A stretch of DNA of 63,402 bases, the filler included, from an uncultured Methanosarcinales archaeon (GTDB lineage: Archaea > Nanobdellota > Nanobdellia > Woesearchaeales > CAZPJY01): assembly GCA_964587045.1 (NCBI GenBank). It is 3 parts of 3 records of this genome, joined end to end, with 100 filler letters (N's around TTAATTAATTAA, not from the genome) between each part and the next. Parts side by side here need not be neighbours in the genome. Positions count along the whole stretch, not along the records: positions 24,407 to 48,380 come from CAZPJY010000028.1; positions 48,481 to 63,402 come from CAZPJY010000036.1; 1 more part is not named here. One strand, given 5' to 3'. Shown here in pieces: positions 46,038 to 56,214 of the stretch; the stretch's first letter is position 1, and each line of letters begins with the position of its first letter. A program made the position numbers and the translations under genes. The notes beneath the pieces are model-generated. The model did no database searches. It saw nothing but the letters and a program-made list of their open reading frames with translations, and was not told where the DNA came from.

Positions 46038-46655
46038 TCACCAGCTGATGGCTTGTCTGAGCTTTCTTAGGGCTTCGGCCGCATCATCGGCTGACTGCAG
46101 GTACGACCCGACCACGAAGCGGTTGGCTCCCGAGAGGTAGGCGTCCACTATGGTGTCTGGGTTTATGCCGCCGTCCACCTCGACGTGCTCGAACCTCTTG
46201 CGGGCCATCGCGACCTTAAGGAGCGCGCTTGGAAGGAACCTGGCTCCGTACGACCCCGGCTCGACAGTCAACACCAAGGCCAGGTCCAGCTCGTGCTGGT
46301 AGGGGTAGAGCGCATCTGGGGGCGTGCGTGGGCTTATGGCCATTCCGGCCCTCCTGCCGTACCCCCTAATCTTTTCTATGACCAGATCAGGCCTGGGAGC
46401 GCCCTCGTAATGGAAGATTATCGTGCCTGCCTTGTCCTTTGCCCAGCTCACCCACTCTATCGGGTTGACCACCATCAGGTGGGCTTCCATATTGTCGATG
46501 TCCCCAATCTCGAAGTCGAAGTCTAGGGAGTGCCGGCCAACGAACTTGCCGTCCATTATATCAAGCTGCATGCCGGATACCCGGCCGGCCACCTTTGCCA
46601 TGCGCTCCTCGAGCTCATTCCCGGAAGACGCTATGATTGAAGCTACTATGGACAT
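46038..46655 (-). CDS. rpe: Ribulose-phosphate 3-epimerase
   Basis: QLDIMDGKFV, EAHLMV, LTVEPG, EVDGGI, VVGS. Confidence 0.92.
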   Translation of the reverse strand: MSIVASIIASSGNELEERMAKVAGRVSGMQLDIMDGKFVGRHSLDFDFEIGDIDNMEAHLMVVNPIEWVSWAKDKAGTIIFHYEGAPRPDLVIEKIRGYGRRAGMAISPRTPPDALYPYQHELDLALVLTVEPGSYGARFLPSALLKVAMARKRFEHVEVDGGINPDTIVDAYLSGANRFVVGSYLQSADDAAEALRKLRQAISW

Positions 46656-46700
46656 GGCTAAATGGTATTGTGAAGCGTATTAATAGGTTGTCTTTAAGGG

Positions 46701-47015
46701 TTAGATAGAGTCGATTTTTGCAGCGAGGATGAAGTCGTTCTCTGTTAGGCCTTTGTGGTCCTCTGACCAGATGTACACCTCGACCTTGCCCCAGCTCAGG
46801 CGGATTTCCGGGTGGTGGTCCTCCTCCTCTGCGAGCGCTCCCACATCTATTGTGAAGTCGAGGGCCTCCTTGAAGTTCTTGAAGATGAAGGTCTTGAAGA
46901 TTTTGGGCCCCGAAACCTGCTCCCAGCCCTTCAGGCGGGTCATGAGGGCGTCGATCTGGTGCTCGCGGAGTCGCGGCCTACCAGCCTCGCAGTCCTTCTT
47001 GGCGAGTTGCTCCAT
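46701..47015 (-). CDS. Pterin-4-alpha-carbinolamine dehydratase
   Basis: FKNFKEAL, AEEEDHHPEI, GLTENDFILAAKID. Confidence 0.95.
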   Translation of the reverse strand: MEQLAKKDCEAGRPRLREHQIDALMTRLKGWEQVSGPKIFKTFIFKNFKEALDFTIDVGALAEEEDHHPEIRLSWGKVEVYIWSEDHKGLTENDFILAAKIDSI

Positions 47016-47069
47016 GGCAGAACAGTAAGTGGAACGACTATAAAAAATTTGTCAATAAAAAAAAAGAAA

Positions 47070-47288
47070 TTATTTGGCCCTGTCGGCCGCTTTGCCGACC
47101 CACAACGTGGCCAACACAGCGACGATGGTAACGACCACCGCGTAGATCAGGAGCGGCCCGATGCCGGTTGCTGTGCCGAAGACTGCCAAGAAAATCGCCT
47201 TTATCGTGTCGTTCCATGCCAAAGCCGCGACGAGGCCGAATGCCGCAGTTATCAGTGCGGCCATCTTATCTATTACTACCTTCTTCAT
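47070..47288 (-). CDS. DUF5654-like small 2-TM protein
   Basis: LITAAFGLVAALAWND..K; GGGGTGT SD. Confidence 0.8.
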   Translation of the reverse strand: MKKVVIDKMAALITAAFGLVAALAWNDTIKAIFLAVFGTATGIGPLLIYAVVVTIVAVLATLWVGKAADRAK

Positions 47289-47388
47289 GATTACACCCCC
47301 TTGATGCCCGTCCTGATTCATTACAGATTTATAAAAATTCCTTTTTTTCAGCACAATATTTAAAAACGCTCCGGCGTTCCTCTCAACT

Positions 47389-47997
47389 ATGTCAAAATCC
47401 CTCTTTTGCAAGAACGATCCGGAAGGGTACAAGGACAACGTGAAGAAGATAGTCGTCCAGCTCCTCGAGGCAGTGGGAGAGGACCCAAAGAGGGACGGCC
47501 TCCGCGACACGCCCGACCGGGTGGCCAGGATGTACAGAGAGACGCTCTCAGGCTACTGCGAGGAGCCCAAGATAACAGTTTTCCCCAACGATGAAGGATA
47601 CAACGAGATGATTCTCGATGAGAGCTATTTCTTCAGCTACTGCGAGCACCACATGGTGCCGTTCTTCGGCAAGGCGTTCATCGCGTACATCCCAGGAGAC
47701 AAGCTGATAGGCCTATCGAAGCTGACCAGGGTCCTCACCTTCTTCAGCAGGAGACTTCAGGTGCAGGAGCGCCTGACCAAGCAGGTCGCGGATTACCTGA
47801 CAGATAAGATCAAGCCGAAAGGGGTTGCGGTCGTGCTGCACGGAAGGCACCTTTGCAGGGAGATGCGCGGCGTGGAAAAGCACGGCGCGGTCATGACGAC
47901 ATCCCAGCTCTCGGGCGCTTTCGCAGACGACGTTAAGACCCGCCAGGAGTTCATGTCCTTCATCCAGGCGAGGCTGCCTTCCTTTTCAGGACTCTGA
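47389..47997 (+). CDS. folE: GTP cyclohydrolase I
   Basis: GLRDTPDRVA, CEHHMVPFFG, GLSKL, RRLQVQERLT, HLCREMRG. Confidence 0.96.
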   Translation: MSKSLFCKNDPEGYKDNVKKIVVQLLEAVGEDPKRDGLRDTPDRVARMYRETLSGYCEEPKITVFPNDEGYNEMILDESYFFSYCEHHMVPFFGKAFIAYIPGDKLIGLSKLTRVLTFFSRRLQVQERLTKQVADYLTDKIKPKGVAVVLHGRHLCREMRGVEKHGAVMTTSQLSGAFADDVKTRQEFMSFIQARLPSFSGL

Positions 47998-48337
47998 ATG
48001 CGTTGATTGCGATCAGCGCGAGCATCGTCACAAGAACTGCAGGCGTCAGGATGTTGAACTGCAGCGCTGCCGACAAGTTGCCATGCAGCAGGTTGGACAT
48101 GCCGCGGGTCAGGCCGCACGCGGGGCAGGAGCAGCCAGGAGTCGGGCAGTGCCCAGCGAAGACTGCTGGGAATATCACGTTCTTGAAGACGCAATAGGAC
48201 CTGCCGGATTCGACCCAGCTGGTCGGAACCGCCGCCAGGTAGACTAGGATCCCGCTAAGGTTGACCACTATGGCCCTGGGGCTACCGAAGCTTAAGTGTT
48301 CTAAAAAGAGCTCTTTTGCTCGCTTCAGTCTACCCAT
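47960..48337 (-). CDS. DUF2752 family membrane protein
   Basis: CVFK...CPACGLTR...LHG..AALQFN. Confidence 0.85.
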   Translation of the reverse strand: MGRLKRAKELFLEHLSFGSPRAIVVNLSGILVYLAAVPTSWVESGRSYCVFKNVIFPAVFAGHCPTPGCSCPACGLTRGMSNLLHGNLSAALQFNILTPAVLVTMLALIAINAFRVLKRKAASPG

Positions 48338-48380
48338 TGGATTCCGTCGAACTTGTGCTTGGTCGCGATGAGGATGACAT
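48325..48380 (-). CDS. 3' end of a gene, possibly TM2-domain protein
   Basis: ...VILIATKHKFDGIQWVD-stop overlapping the DUF2752 start; cut by the contig end. Confidence 0.35.
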
Positions 48381-48480
48381 NNNNNNNNNNNNNNNNNNNN
48401 NNNNNNNNNNNNNNNNNNNNNNNNTTAATTAATTAANNNNNNNNNNNNNNNNNNNNNNNNNNNNNNNNNNNNNNNNNNNN
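48381..48480. other. Artificial contig linker
   Basis: N-run, TTAATTAATTAA, N-run. Confidence 0.95.
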
Positions 48481-49417
48481 CGTCGGCGAATATGTAGACG
48501 TCATAATCCCCGGCAAGCACGTTTGGGATGGAGTAGAATCCGAGGCCGTTTGCCTGGACCAGCCTGCCGTTGAAGTAGACGTCCGCGTTCGGGACTGGGT
48601 TTGTTCCGTCGGTGACGGTTCCCTGGACGGTGTGCTTGATACCAGAAATCTGGCTGCAGTATCCTGGATCTCTGCACTGGAGGAGAACATCGGACTGCGT
48701 TATCCAAGCCATATCCCTGGTATTCTGCCAATCATTCGGATCGATGAAACCGGGAGGCAAAGCACCAGTGCCATAACTCAGGCATACGGCTTCCTGTGCT
48801 TGTTCGCACCATGTTTGGTCGCTGTAATAATTGTCATCGTATGTGTAGATGCAGCAGCCGGGCACGCATTCCTCCGGTGCCTCAGGGTCCGTCTCTCCCG
48901 GATAGAATGTTCCGGTGAAGGCGTTGCATTCGGCCCTAGACTTAGAAGCCTCGCACCTGAAGACCTGGTTTGCGTCGGTGTACGCGCAGACCCCTGTCTC
49001 GCAGAACGGGTCGCCGCTCGCCTGGATGGTGGCGCAGTCGTCGCCTGCCTGCCACATGTAGTTTGCGCAGTAGTCGAAATCAGGGCCGCCGAAGGTGCCG
49101 AAGCGTCCGCAGCAGCCCCCGAGGGTGTGGTCGGGCAGGTTGGTGTCGCATTCGCAGCAGCCGTCGTCGGTCAGCTCGTAGAGGTAGCTGATCGGCTGCA
49201 CAAGGTACGAGGTCGTCGGCGCAGGGGCTGCCTTTGAGGGATGGTCAGAGAAAGGCAGCCTCCCAAGCGCGACCACGACGAGAATGAGTGCGAGTAATCC
49301 TAAGAGATGGACAATTCTTTCAGATGTCACAAGGCCCCTCCTACGCCTCCCCACCCTGAAAAAGTTGACTATAGAGGTGTGACTACTAAAAAAAGACCAT
49401 CCCTCTTTTTTACCCAT
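48481..49417 (-). CDS. Cys-rich surface protein with carboxypeptidase-regulatory-like domain (3' truncated)
   Basis: RRRRG then TM, GCC repeats, VQGTVTDG..VPNADV..GFYSIPNVLAGDY. Confidence 0.8.
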
Positions 49418-49515
49418 TTTATGTTTGTCGAGAATATTGGGTATGTTCCTTTATATATTTTTCGATTCATATGGACGAATATAGATTTCTATTGATGCCG
49501 TTTGGCAGAAGAAAA

Positions 49516-52500
49516 TCAGCACGTACTCGATGGATTGGTGCAGGTCGAACAAGGACAGTCGTTGGGATCTGGTGTTGCTGCGCAGTCGGATTCGAGAGTC
49601 AGCACGCCGGTCAGTCTCACATCCTTGCACACAGCCGGCGCCTCATTGCCCACATTGTCCCTGGCCAGGTAGCACACCCTCCTGTCCGCGCTGAAACCTC
49701 CAGAGCTCACCGTCCGCTGCAAGCCAGGCACTGAAGGGATGCAGTCCACGCTGATAGCAGACTCGCAGGAAAGAACCTCAGCAAGACCTGATTGGTACAA
49801 GCCGGGATCGTCTGCCAGGAAGCTGAACTGATAGCGCGTGGTCACGAACGGGTTGAATATGTAGTTGATGTAGTTGACCTCGCACTCAATGTCACCATCA
49901 TTGTCCGTGTCCCGCGGAAGCTCGACAGTCGGCTCGTCGATGTCCCAGAAGCCGGTCGAGGAGGTGCCCGCGAAATGCCCCTCATGGTCCTCGCAGTAAA
50001 TCGAGAAGATGTATTGCCTCGAGACGCTCGGGTCTGAAGGTATGAAATCTACTGCTCCGCTGACAGTCTGTGTGAAGAGCGCTTGCGAACCAGCTGCAGG
50101 GTCGCGGTCGAATTCTGTAGGTCCGCCTCCCATGTTGTACATGAGCGAGCAGTAGGCGATGCCCGAGCCAAAGTCGGTACCCGACCACGCGATGCGGAAT
50201 AACTCGTTCGAGTACTGCGGGCCGGACGCGGGGTACTCGCCTGTTACTGTTAGCGTGACCGTCGGGTTGCCCATGTCGATGAAGATGGGAGTGCACACCG
50301 GAGCCCCGCCCATGTTCCCGGCGTAGTCCATCACATCGACGCACACAGACAGGGAAGCGTCCCCGGCCAATCCGGTGTCGAGCGCAATCACCTCATCGAT
50401 ATCATTTGCGACAGGCGAGATCTCGTACCCTGCGTCGATGAGAACAGCCCCTGTGAAGGTGTCTGTGACCGTGTAGTTGATGGCGGCGATTCCGTTGTCG
50501 TCCCAGTATGGCGAGGTCCGTGGAGTGTCAGATGCCTGCACGTGCAGGTGTATCAAGGGGTTGGTCGATAATGTCCCTTCAGTCAGCTCGAAGAGGTCCA
50601 CAGTCGGAGGATCGCGGTCGATTCGGAAGTACACAGGGAGGACGAAGCTTCCGACGTTGGGATCCGCGTTGGCAGGGTTCTGGGAAGTCTGGTCCCTGCA
50701 CTGGACCTCCATCTCATATATGCCGCTAGGCGATGCGAGCGGAACATCTGTCACGCAGAACCGCCTGTACATGTCCGCGCCTGTGCAGCCTATGTGGTCA
50801 GACGGGTACTGGTTGGGATTGGGATTGGCATAGACCTCACTTTCGTAATAAGGACCGTAATTGGCTGCGTCGGTCGGTCCGTACCAGGGAGACCATGGGG
50901 GGTTGCCTGGCGAGAGGGTGCCTTGCGGGCCGTACCTGAACCTGCATTCACTGTAGGCCCTGAACTCAGGCAGCACGTATGCCGGATTGAACGACGGAAT
51001 GTAGACCCCGGTACCTATCCTCCTTATCGGCGCGTTGTCGTTCATGGAGACGCGCATGTGCAGCATGTCCGAAATGGGCTTCCTTCCGATGAAGGTGTTG
51101 CCAGGCCCGAGCGAATTGGTCTGTATGGGTCTCGGATTGGACGTTCCCGTAAGCTCCCCGTCGTACATGTAGACGTTCGCCACGCTCGGCGGAGTCGTGT
51201 CGATGTTGAAGTAGCAAGTGTCATCGCTCATCGGACCAGCTCGGCGCACGCCGTCATAGGCCTGAGCTATCGCCCGGTAGTAGCCGTCCGTCAATCCGTT
51301 GGAAGGATTGGGGACAGATGCCGAAATCGGCGGGTCAGCTACGACAGTCCTGTCTCCCACAAGCGTGGCAGGCACTCTCGGGTAAGCCCAACTGCAGGAG
51401 AAAGGGGGCGTCACCCCGATTGGATTTGGCATGCATGCTATCGGGTACTGCACCATGTTTTCCCTTCTCTGGTAGAGGAGGAAGTAACCTTCAACTTCTG
51501 AGAAGTCCCCGCCGTAGACGCCAAGCGAGAACTGGAAGCCGTCGTCGAAGTTGAACCACAGGGCCGTGTCCCTCGTGCCGCATGTGAAGGTATCAGGATT
51601 ACCCGACGACTGGATAGTAGCCTGCGGTGGCGGGGTCTCATCGCAAGACCCGCCGTAGACGTACGGGCCAGAACAGCACCTCATGTCCATACCCAGCGGG
51701 TCAAGCCAGTCCTGGTAGCAGCCGTAGTCTCCTGTGTAGCCGTCGCCGTCGTAGTCGTTGCATTCGAAGTCTGTGCTGCAGGTGTTGCCGATATCCCTGT
51801 CAGGGATGCACCAGTCACTGTTGCCGTCCGGCAAGACATCGCTGCAGAAACCGCTGAAAACTGAGTTGCCCGGGGTTCCGACCTGTGCGGGGTCGTCGCT
51901 TATAACTGGGCAGTCGCCGAGCCCTCGGAAGGTGCAAGACGGCCCTCCGAGCGCCGGGTCGCACTGCACGCCGCCGCTGCAGTAGGTGTTGATGTGGTCC
52001 GGTACCTCGCATGGGTCCTCGCACCTGTCGAAGTCGACGCCGCTCTCGATGCAGCACTCAGTCGCTCCGCACGCCTGGCTCGTGAGAGCAAGCGGGTCGG
52101 TCACAAGCCCGTCCCCCTGGTTGCACCACGAAGAGCCAGTTTGGTCCGGGTCCTCGCAGCCCTGGAACTCAAGCGTGTTGGGCACGCCCATGGTATCTGC
52201 GGGCTCGCAGGTTGAGGTAGCAGCCTGGCACCTGAACTCGCGTATGTAGCCGTTCTCCTCATCGCAGAAGAAGTACTCGTTTGGCACCTGGTTGCCTGAG
52301 GTGGGGCCGCCGGCGGGCATGCCGTAGTCGTTGCAGACTTCGCACACCCTCGCAGAAACCGCGGTGCACGAGCCGTCAGCGCCGTTGCAGGTCGCCCGGC
52401 ATACTGAGTTGGAGAGCGACGCGGCCAGGCCGTTTAGGGCGACGTCATCGTAGGTGGACGCTCCTGCCGGGTAGCTGGAGCATCTGGGAATGTCGATGCA

Positions 52501-55287
52501 CGCTCCGTCAGGGAGGTTCCCAGAGCGGTCGCGGAAGTAGGTGTCCTTGAAATCAGCAGGCAGCGGGGAGTTGACGTAGTTCCAGTGCTCCCACGTGTCG
52601 CCCGAGAATACCCTGCATGTCGCCTGCGTCGGGTCGGTAACGCTCTCGCCGTACCCGACAGAGCAACCGCCGCAGCGCTCGCCCTGGTTAGCAGCCAGGG
52701 GAAAATCGCAGCTCTCGATCTGCGGAGTTGAGGGATTGATGTCGTACTGTTCGTAGACGTCGAATACCGTGCCGTTGCAGATGTTTCCGCGGGGCTGGAA
52801 CGCTCCTTGGGTAGGCACAGAACCGGTCGGGTAGGGGTCGACCGCCTCGCGGTCGGCAGGGTCTCGATCCGGCGTGACAACGCCGCAGTACTGCGTGTAG
52901 GTCCTCACGTAATAGTCGTTGTCGTGGTCCTCGTTGGTGAATCCCGACGGGTCGGCATTTAAGATGAACCTCCTGTTCCTGGGGAGCGGGAAGTTCGGAA
53001 GCGGGAAACCCGCGCCGTCAAGCGCGCCGTGGATGACGTACATGTCATACACCCAAGGCTGGAAGCCGGTCCAATCCATGTCCTGGTCTGCCATGATGTA
53101 GTTCGCGGGCGGCAGCGCCTCGGACAGGGTGTCCGATGCCAGGGGGGCTCCGCATGTGAATGAGACGAACTGGTAGCAGGGAGTCGCCGGTGCCTGGTAA
53201 GTGCCGTCAGGTGCGCAGCACGTGTGGTTGGCAAGGAACGGGTCGAGGACAGTCTTGTTGTAGAAACGGTCAGGGACGCCGTCGAGATCGACGTCTATCT
53301 CGTCATCGTTAGTGAAGGGTCTTGTGGCGTTCGAGTAAGGCCAGGCAGCAGCCCAGGGGTCGTAGTGCGGCAGGCACTGCTTGACATCCACCTGGAGCAG
53401 GTCAGCGCCGCTCGTGCCCGTGCCGTACGCCGTTAGCAGCACATTGTGCATGCCAACAGGCTCAGAGTACGGCGCGCTGACGTTCCAGATGCTGAAATAG
53501 CCGTCGACGTCCAGGTCGGCAGGTATGCGCAGGAACGGGCTGGGCCCGTCGTACATCGGGTTGCTCAGGTCGTAGGGGTTGCCCAGCAGGTCATGCACCT
53601 GCTCGTCCACCCACCTGAACATCAGCTGGCCTGAGGAAGAGAAGTCGTCACGCGTGTTCGCAGCGTCAAGGACGTAAAAGTCTTCGAGCGATGCCCAGTC
53701 ATTCCTCACGTCCAGGTACTGGTTGTAGCCGCGCGCGACCGCGACGATGATGTCGTCGATGAGTATGCGGACGGTCTGCCAGTCGCTCAGGTTGCCGTCG
53801 GTCACCGTCACCGTGACGTTGTGCGGCCCCAGGTCGCTCCCTGAAATCGAGAGGTTCGCGCACATGCCTGCCGTGTCGCCATCGCCGTAAGGGTCGCACC
53901 CTTCGCCGGAGTCGAACATCTCGGAGTGCATCCAATCGTATGCGCGCCAACCCGTGTAGGTGTAGAACAGCTCGTCCTCGTCAGGGTCCCAACCTCTCGG
54001 GCTGATGCTGATCGAGCTCTCGTTCTCGTAGGCTATGATCTCGTACATGTTGTTGGCCTGGTAGTCGATGGCGTCGAGTATGGGATACCTGTTCTGCCGC
54101 GCGAAGGCGAAGATGAAGGGCCTGCCCTCGATGAGCGAGCGCTCGTCCTTGATGATGATTATGTCATCGTAGCCGCGCTCGTGCTTGGTCAGGTACATGT
54201 AGTTGGGAACGATGTTCCTGGCCTTGGTGTCTGCAACCATGTCGTATTCCAGGTCGTTGACCTCCGGGATGAGCATCCTGTAGGCCAGGGTGTATGCCTC
54301 GAGGAACCTGACCGGCTGGGAGTTGTAGAAGTACAGCAGCTTGGTGACAGGAGGCCTGCCCTGTATGGTTATGATGATTGGGAACTCGAGGTTGACTCCC
54401 ACGATGTTCCTGCCGAAGCTCACCTCGGCGAAGGCGTCCTCGCCCTCTGTTATCGTGTAGGTCTCGTTGATGCCCGGGATGCTCTCGAACTCGACGCAGT
54501 CCTTGACCAGCTGGGTTATGTACGAGCCGAGCGTGGCGTCGATCCTCGGAGGGTCGCCTGTATACGGGCAGAAGGTCGCGGTCCTGGTAGCTGACGTCTG
54601 GCACAGCCCCTTAAGGTTGAACTGGCCGTACGAGTAGAGGTCGAGGTCTGGGTTCAGCATGGGATCGTTGACCCACCCGCACCATAGGGGCTCGTGGCCG
54701 TAGCCGAGGCTGGTCCTGCATGGGTAGACGTCAGGGGGCAGCACCTCGGAATAGTCTCTGGACCTGGTTATCAGGTAGCTCACGTTGTAGCTCCTCCCCT
54801 CATAGGTGAAGTTGGAGTAAACGGGAACGTCCTTCCAGCCGTACGGGTCGGGGTCGCCCGCCAAGAAGAAGGTCCCGTCCTGGTACTTGTACACGTAGCC
54901 GCCCTGCATCCCGAACCGCTCGATCGCTGTCTTGACCGACTTGTCAAGGCACAGCGTCACGTAGTAGTTGAGCGCGTTGGTCTGCATCATGTCGGAGACC
55001 AGCTTCTCGTTCTGCTTCTCCAGCTGTATCTGCGATATCTTGGACTGGGCCTGTATGAGGAATCCGGTCACGGCAATCATGACTATCCCCAGGATCATGA
55101 ACACGGTTATCTGGCCCTTTCTGGTGGAAAGGCCTGGGCGCCTGCGCAAAGCCATCAGCCCGGCGAGGAGCAGCACGTAGTATACGAGTAGGAAGACAGC
55201 GGGCGGTGCGATGAAGAACGGCAAGGCGACTAGCTCCAGGAACGCGATTATCAGGAGAAGTACCCCTACCACCTTGTTATTCCCCAT
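49516..55287 (-). CDS. Giant (1923 aa) Cys-rich adhesin-like protein with class III signal-peptide motif
   Basis: RKGQITVFMILGIVM, YVTLCL, DxDxDG motifs, Ig-like DTTPP and D.AGN repeats. Confidence 0.85.
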   Translation of the reverse strand: MGNNKVVGVLLLIIAFLELVALPFFIAPPAVFLLVYYVLLLAGLMALRRRPGLSTRKGQITVFMILGIVMIAVTGFLIQAQSKISQIQLEKQNEKLVSDMMQTNALNYYVTLCLDKSVKTAIERFGMQGGYVYKYQDGTFFLAGDPDPYGWKDVPVYSNFTYEGRSYNVSYLITRSRDYSEVLPPDVYPCRTSLGYGHEPLWCGWVNDPMLNPDLDLYSYGQFNLKGLCQTSATRTATFCPYTGDPPRIDATLGSYITQLVKDCVEFESIPGINETYTITEGEDAFAEVSFGRNIVGVNLEFPIIITIQGRPPVTKLLYFYNSQPVRFLEAYTLAYRMLIPEVNDLEYDMVADTKARNIVPNYMYLTKHERGYDDIIIIKDERSLIEGRPFIFAFARQNRYPILDAIDYQANNMYEIIAYENESSISISPRGWDPDEDELFYTYTGWRAYDWMHSEMFDSGEGCDPYGDGDTAGMCANLSISGSDLGPHNVTVTVTDGNLSDWQTVRILIDDIIVAVARGYNQYLDVRNDWASLEDFYVLDAANTRDDFSSSGQLMFRWVDEQVHDLLGNPYDLSNPMYDGPSPFLRIPADLDVDGYFSIWNVSAPYSEPVGMHNVLLTAYGTGTSGADLLQVDVKQCLPHYDPWAAAWPYSNATRPFTNDDEIDVDLDGVPDRFYNKTVLDPFLANHTCCAPDGTYQAPATPCYQFVSFTCGAPLASDTLSEALPPANYIMADQDMDWTGFQPWVYDMYVIHGALDGAGFPLPNFPLPRNRRFILNADPSGFTNEDHDNDYYVRTYTQYCGVVTPDRDPADREAVDPYPTGSVPTQGAFQPRGNICNGTVFDVYEQYDINPSTPQIESCDFPLAANQGERCGGCSVGYGESVTDPTQATCRVFSGDTWEHWNYVNSPLPADFKDTYFRDRSGNLPDGACIDIPRCSSYPAGASTYDDVALNGLAASLSNSVCRATCNGADGSCTAVSARVCEVCNDYGMPAGGPTSGNQVPNEYFFCDEENGYIREFRCQAATSTCEPADTMGVPNTLEFQGCEDPDQTGSSWCNQGDGLVTDPLALTSQACGATECCIESGVDFDRCEDPCEVPDHINTYCSGGVQCDPALGGPSCTFRGLGDCPVISDDPAQVGTPGNSVFSGFCSDVLPDGNSDWCIPDRDIGNTCSTDFECNDYDGDGYTGDYGCYQDWLDPLGMDMRCCSGPYVYGGSCDETPPPQATIQSSGNPDTFTCGTRDTALWFNFDDGFQFSLGVYGGDFSEVEGYFLLYQRRENMVQYPIACMPNPIGVTPPFSCSWAYPRVPATLVGDRTVVADPPISASVPNPSNGLTDGYYRAIAQAYDGVRRAGPMSDDTCYFNIDTTPPSVANVYMYDGELTGTSNPRPIQTNSLGPGNTFIGRKPISDMLHMRVSMNDNAPIRRIGTGVYIPSFNPAYVLPEFRAYSECRFRYGPQGTLSPGNPPWSPWYGPTDAANYGPYYESEVYANPNPNQYPSDHIGCTGADMYRRFCVTDVPLASPSGIYEMEVQCRDQTSQNPANADPNVGSFVLPVYFRIDRDPPTVDLFELTEGTLSTNPLIHLHVQASDTPRTSPYWDDNGIAAINYTVTDTFTGAVLIDAGYEISPVANDIDEVIALDTGLAGDASLSVCVDVMDYAGNMGGAPVCTPIFIDMGNPTVTLTVTGEYPASGPQYSNELFRIAWSGTDFGSGIAYCSLMYNMGGGPTEFDRDPAAGSQALFTQTVSGAVDFIPSDPSVSRQYIFSIYCEDHEGHFAGTSSTGFWDIDEPTVELPRDTDNDGDIECEVNYINYIFNPFVTTRYQFSFLADDPGLYQSGLAEVLSCESAISVDCIPSVPGLQRTVSSGGFSADRRVCYLARDNVGNEAPAVCKDVRLTGVLTLESDCAATPDPNDCPCSTCTNPSSTC

Positions 55288-55323
55288 CGGAGAAGTTACA
55301 ACGTCGAAGAGATATAAACTTTT

Positions 55324-56181
55324 CTACCGAAAGACGATGCTCGCGTAGCCCACAGCATTCGCGTAGTCGTTGATTACATCGCCGGAGGTGTAGTACATCA
55401 TCAGGTCGACCTTTTCGGCCCGCAGCGCGGACAGCAGCACCCCTATCCCTACCTGGCCGCAGATGGTCGCGCCAGTCTTGTACACGTAGTCCATGAATCC
55501 CTGCACGTCCTGCTTTAGGATGTACTCGATGGCCTTGCCGTCGAGATCGTAGAGCTGCTTGGGCACGTCGAGAGAGAACGGGATGTAGTGATAATTCCTG
55601 CCGTAGTGGGTGAAGTCGCTCGAGACCACGATGATTGCCTTCCTCTTGTTTTCCTCAAGCGCCCTGGCGATGTCCCTGCCCAGCTCCGCGTAGTCGGTCG
55701 CATGCGATACGAGTATTGGGAGTATCTTGAGCCTCTCGATGTCCTTTCTGTTGACGTACTGCAGGAAAGGCAGCTGCACCTCTACCGAGTGCTCGAACTG
55801 GTGCGCCTGCGGGTCCATCTTGATCCCTGCCTGCGCTGCGAGGGCTTTGCCGAAAGCCTGGTCGGCCCGAACTACGCCCAGCGGGGTCTCGAACGAGTCT
55901 ATGCTTATGCAGGTGTCAGCACCCTGATGGCTCGGGCCGATTATGATGTAAAGGTCCGGAAGCTGGGCCTCGGCGATCTCCTTGTAGGCCCATGCGGCGG
56001 CAGGGCCTGAGAAGAAGTAGCCGGCATGCGGCACTATCACCGCCTTGAGCTTCTTTTCCCTCTTCGATATGGGCAGGTCTCCCGGTCCGCGCTCGGACCT
56101 GAAGCATTCTTCGATCTCCTTGGTCAGCTGGTCGAAGTCAGCCTCGTAGAACTGTCCTGCAACTATCGGCTTCCTTATCAT
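55324..56181 (-). CDS. MEMO1 family / AmmeMemoRadiSam protein B
   Basis: RKPIVAGQFY, PHAGY, EHSVEVQLPFLQ, SSDFTHYG, TICG, VGYAS. Confidence 0.95.
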   Translation of the reverse strand: MIRKPIVAGQFYEADFDQLTKEIEECFRSERGPGDLPISKREKKLKAVIVPHAGYFFSGPAAAWAYKEIAEAQLPDLYIIIGPSHQGADTCISIDSFETPLGVVRADQAFGKALAAQAGIKMDPQAHQFEHSVEVQLPFLQYVNRKDIERLKILPILVSHATDYAELGRDIARALEENKRKAIIVVSSDFTHYGRNYHYIPFSLDVPKQLYDLDGKAIEYILKQDVQGFMDYVYKTGATICGQVGIGVLLSALRAEKVDLMMYYTSGDVINDYANAVGYASIVFR

Positions 56182-56214
56182 GGGTTCATGCAAAGGTGCG
56201 CATGTATAAATAAG

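Noticed and set aside
55324..56181. MEMO1 gene as part of the pilus system
   Set aside because: Widespread archaeal housekeeping gene with its own promoter-like element; there is no evidence beyond proximity
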